Below, piece after piece: positions 62,331 to 64,000 of a DNA stretch of 64,000 bases (its first letter is position 1; each line of letters opens with the position of its first letter). The stretch covers positions 20,276,001 through 20,340,000 of the forward strand of contig CM059432.1 of NCBI GenBank assembly GCA_030390025.1. The letters run 5' to 3'. A model generated the notes under the pieces. It was not told the DNA's origin. It saw only the letters and a list, made by a program, of their open reading frames with translations, and searched no databases. Position numbers and translations under genes: made by a program. This DNA comes from Squalus acanthias. Lineage: Eukaryota.

Positions 62331-63324
62331 TAGATTATGCACTTCAGTCTGTAGTGGGACTTGAGCCCACAACCTTCTGACTCAAAAGATTGCTGCCAGC
62401 TGAGCTAAAGTGACATAAATATTAGAATAGATAGGTCTAATAGGATTCTGGGACAGGCACAAACACACTGGGACAAATGGTCTCATTCTCTAGCCTAATA
62501 TTCCCATTATCTCATCCAATTGTATTTCGATAGAGCCCTGACATTTTTTGCCTCATTGGATTAATGCACTAACCAAGACAAACATATCTTTTTTGCCATG
62601 TTTTGACCAAAACTGAAAAAATCCTGCTATCTGAGCCGTGCTTTGTTAAGTCTGAGTGATAAATTCTGTTAACTTTATCCCACTGTTCTGTCTATATATG
62701 CAAGCATTCTATTATTGTTCTAAATCAATCTGCCATACTGTATGAGTATTGTCCTTTTTTAAGTATCTTTGTGCTAATTCAGTGCCATTCATTATATATT
62801 TATGTCCCACAGTTTTTCAATTTCTGTAGAATAGCTTAAAATTTATTAATGCTATAATTCATTTGCCTCATGTCTGCCAATTGCTCAACTGTTCTTAATC
62901 CTTTTTGCAAATTTTTTGCTGCATCTTCATTCTCCACTGCTGTCCTTACTTTTGTGTCATCAGCAAATTTAACCATTTTACAGCCAGGTTTCAGTATCCA
63001 GCTCATTAACACAGATTAGGAACAATCAGGTTCCAAGCACTGAATCTTGTGGGATTCCGTTTAATACTCCAGCCCTTTATGACATTCAACCTCACAAGTA
63101 CTCGAGGGAAAGGTGCCCGCCATGTGCTACGGGTAGCAAAAACATGAAGCCATTTATAAAGAACAAGTTCACAATTTCACAGCACTAAAGAGGAAAATTT
63201 CCATCTCTGCTTCCAATTTATGATTCAGTTTTCATATTCAGTCTCACGTTCTATCCTGTATTCCTTCAGCTTTAGTTTAAATTAGAAGTCTTTCATCTGG
63301 AACCTACTCAAAAGCTTAGGATCA

Positions 63325-63910
63325 TCGAATTTTATGACACAAAAGGAGGCCATTCTGCCCATCACATCTGTGCTGGCTCTCTGAATGAGCTCTCCACTTA
63401 ATCCCATTCCCCTGATCATTCCCCATGCTGGAGTTTTTTTCTTTGACCAAATATTTATCCACTTCCCCTTTAAAATCTATGATGGATTCTGCTTCCAACA
63501 ATCTTTCTGGTGGCCTTTCCTTCTCCTTACAATCCTTTGCAAAAAAAAAATTCTAACATCTTCCTGCGTTTCCCCACCACCTGGGCAAAGAGACCAGCAG
63601 CAGTTAACAGCACCGATCAAGGACAAGACCTCTTTCCATGGTTTTGCGCTCCCTGCACCATTAGCACACAGGAGCAGAATTTTTATCTTAAAGTAACTAT
63701 TTTCTTAAATTGAGCATCATCACTACTTTAATCAACCGCCCTTTTAGAGCTTGCTCTCCCATTTTTAAACATTTTGGTATCTGAACACCCGAGTCTCTCT
63801 GCCCTTCTACTCCTTTTGAAGCTATACTGTTCATCAGTCTATATTTCCTCTCATTCTTTCTCCCAAAATGTATTGCCCCACACTTCTCCACATTAACTTG
63901 CATCTGACAT
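63325..63910 (-). mobile_element. Degenerate CR1 fragments
   Basis: QVNVEKCGAIHFGRKNERKY...QRDSGVQI and a 3' UTR-like acaaaaggaggccattctgccc. Confidence 0.7.
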
Positions 63911-64000
63911 CTACCCAATGTACTAATCTGTCTTCACCAGTGCTTAACCAGTGCTTACGACATGTCTTCCTTTTTCCTCAACCGAGGATTCCCCTCTACC

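Overview
Repeat-dense, apparently intronic or intergenic vertebrate DNA. Its repeat families (CR1 and L2 LINEs, Deu-domain and V-domain tRNA-SINEs, RTE, Penelope-like and PIF/Harbinger elements) point to a cartilaginous fish; the species cannot be determined from the sequence. I found no host protein-coding exon I can identify, and the recognisable ORFs are transposon-derived. The most notable structure is a family of Penelope-like insertions. One still carries a GIY-YIG endonuclease remnant, all carry a minimal type I hammerhead ribozyme motif, all are flanked by 10-14 bp target-site duplications (TSDs), and two are near-perfect fold-back palindromes (242 bp and 94 bp arms). Other points: a TSD-less insertion apparently copied in inverted orientation from 1.1 kb away and ending in nested snap-back hairpins, a duplicated 41-bp motif with a homeodomain dimer site, two decayed Harbinger remnants, several MITEs, and three SINE-LINE tail partnerships. 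Boundaries of degenerate repeats are approximate and were read by eye.
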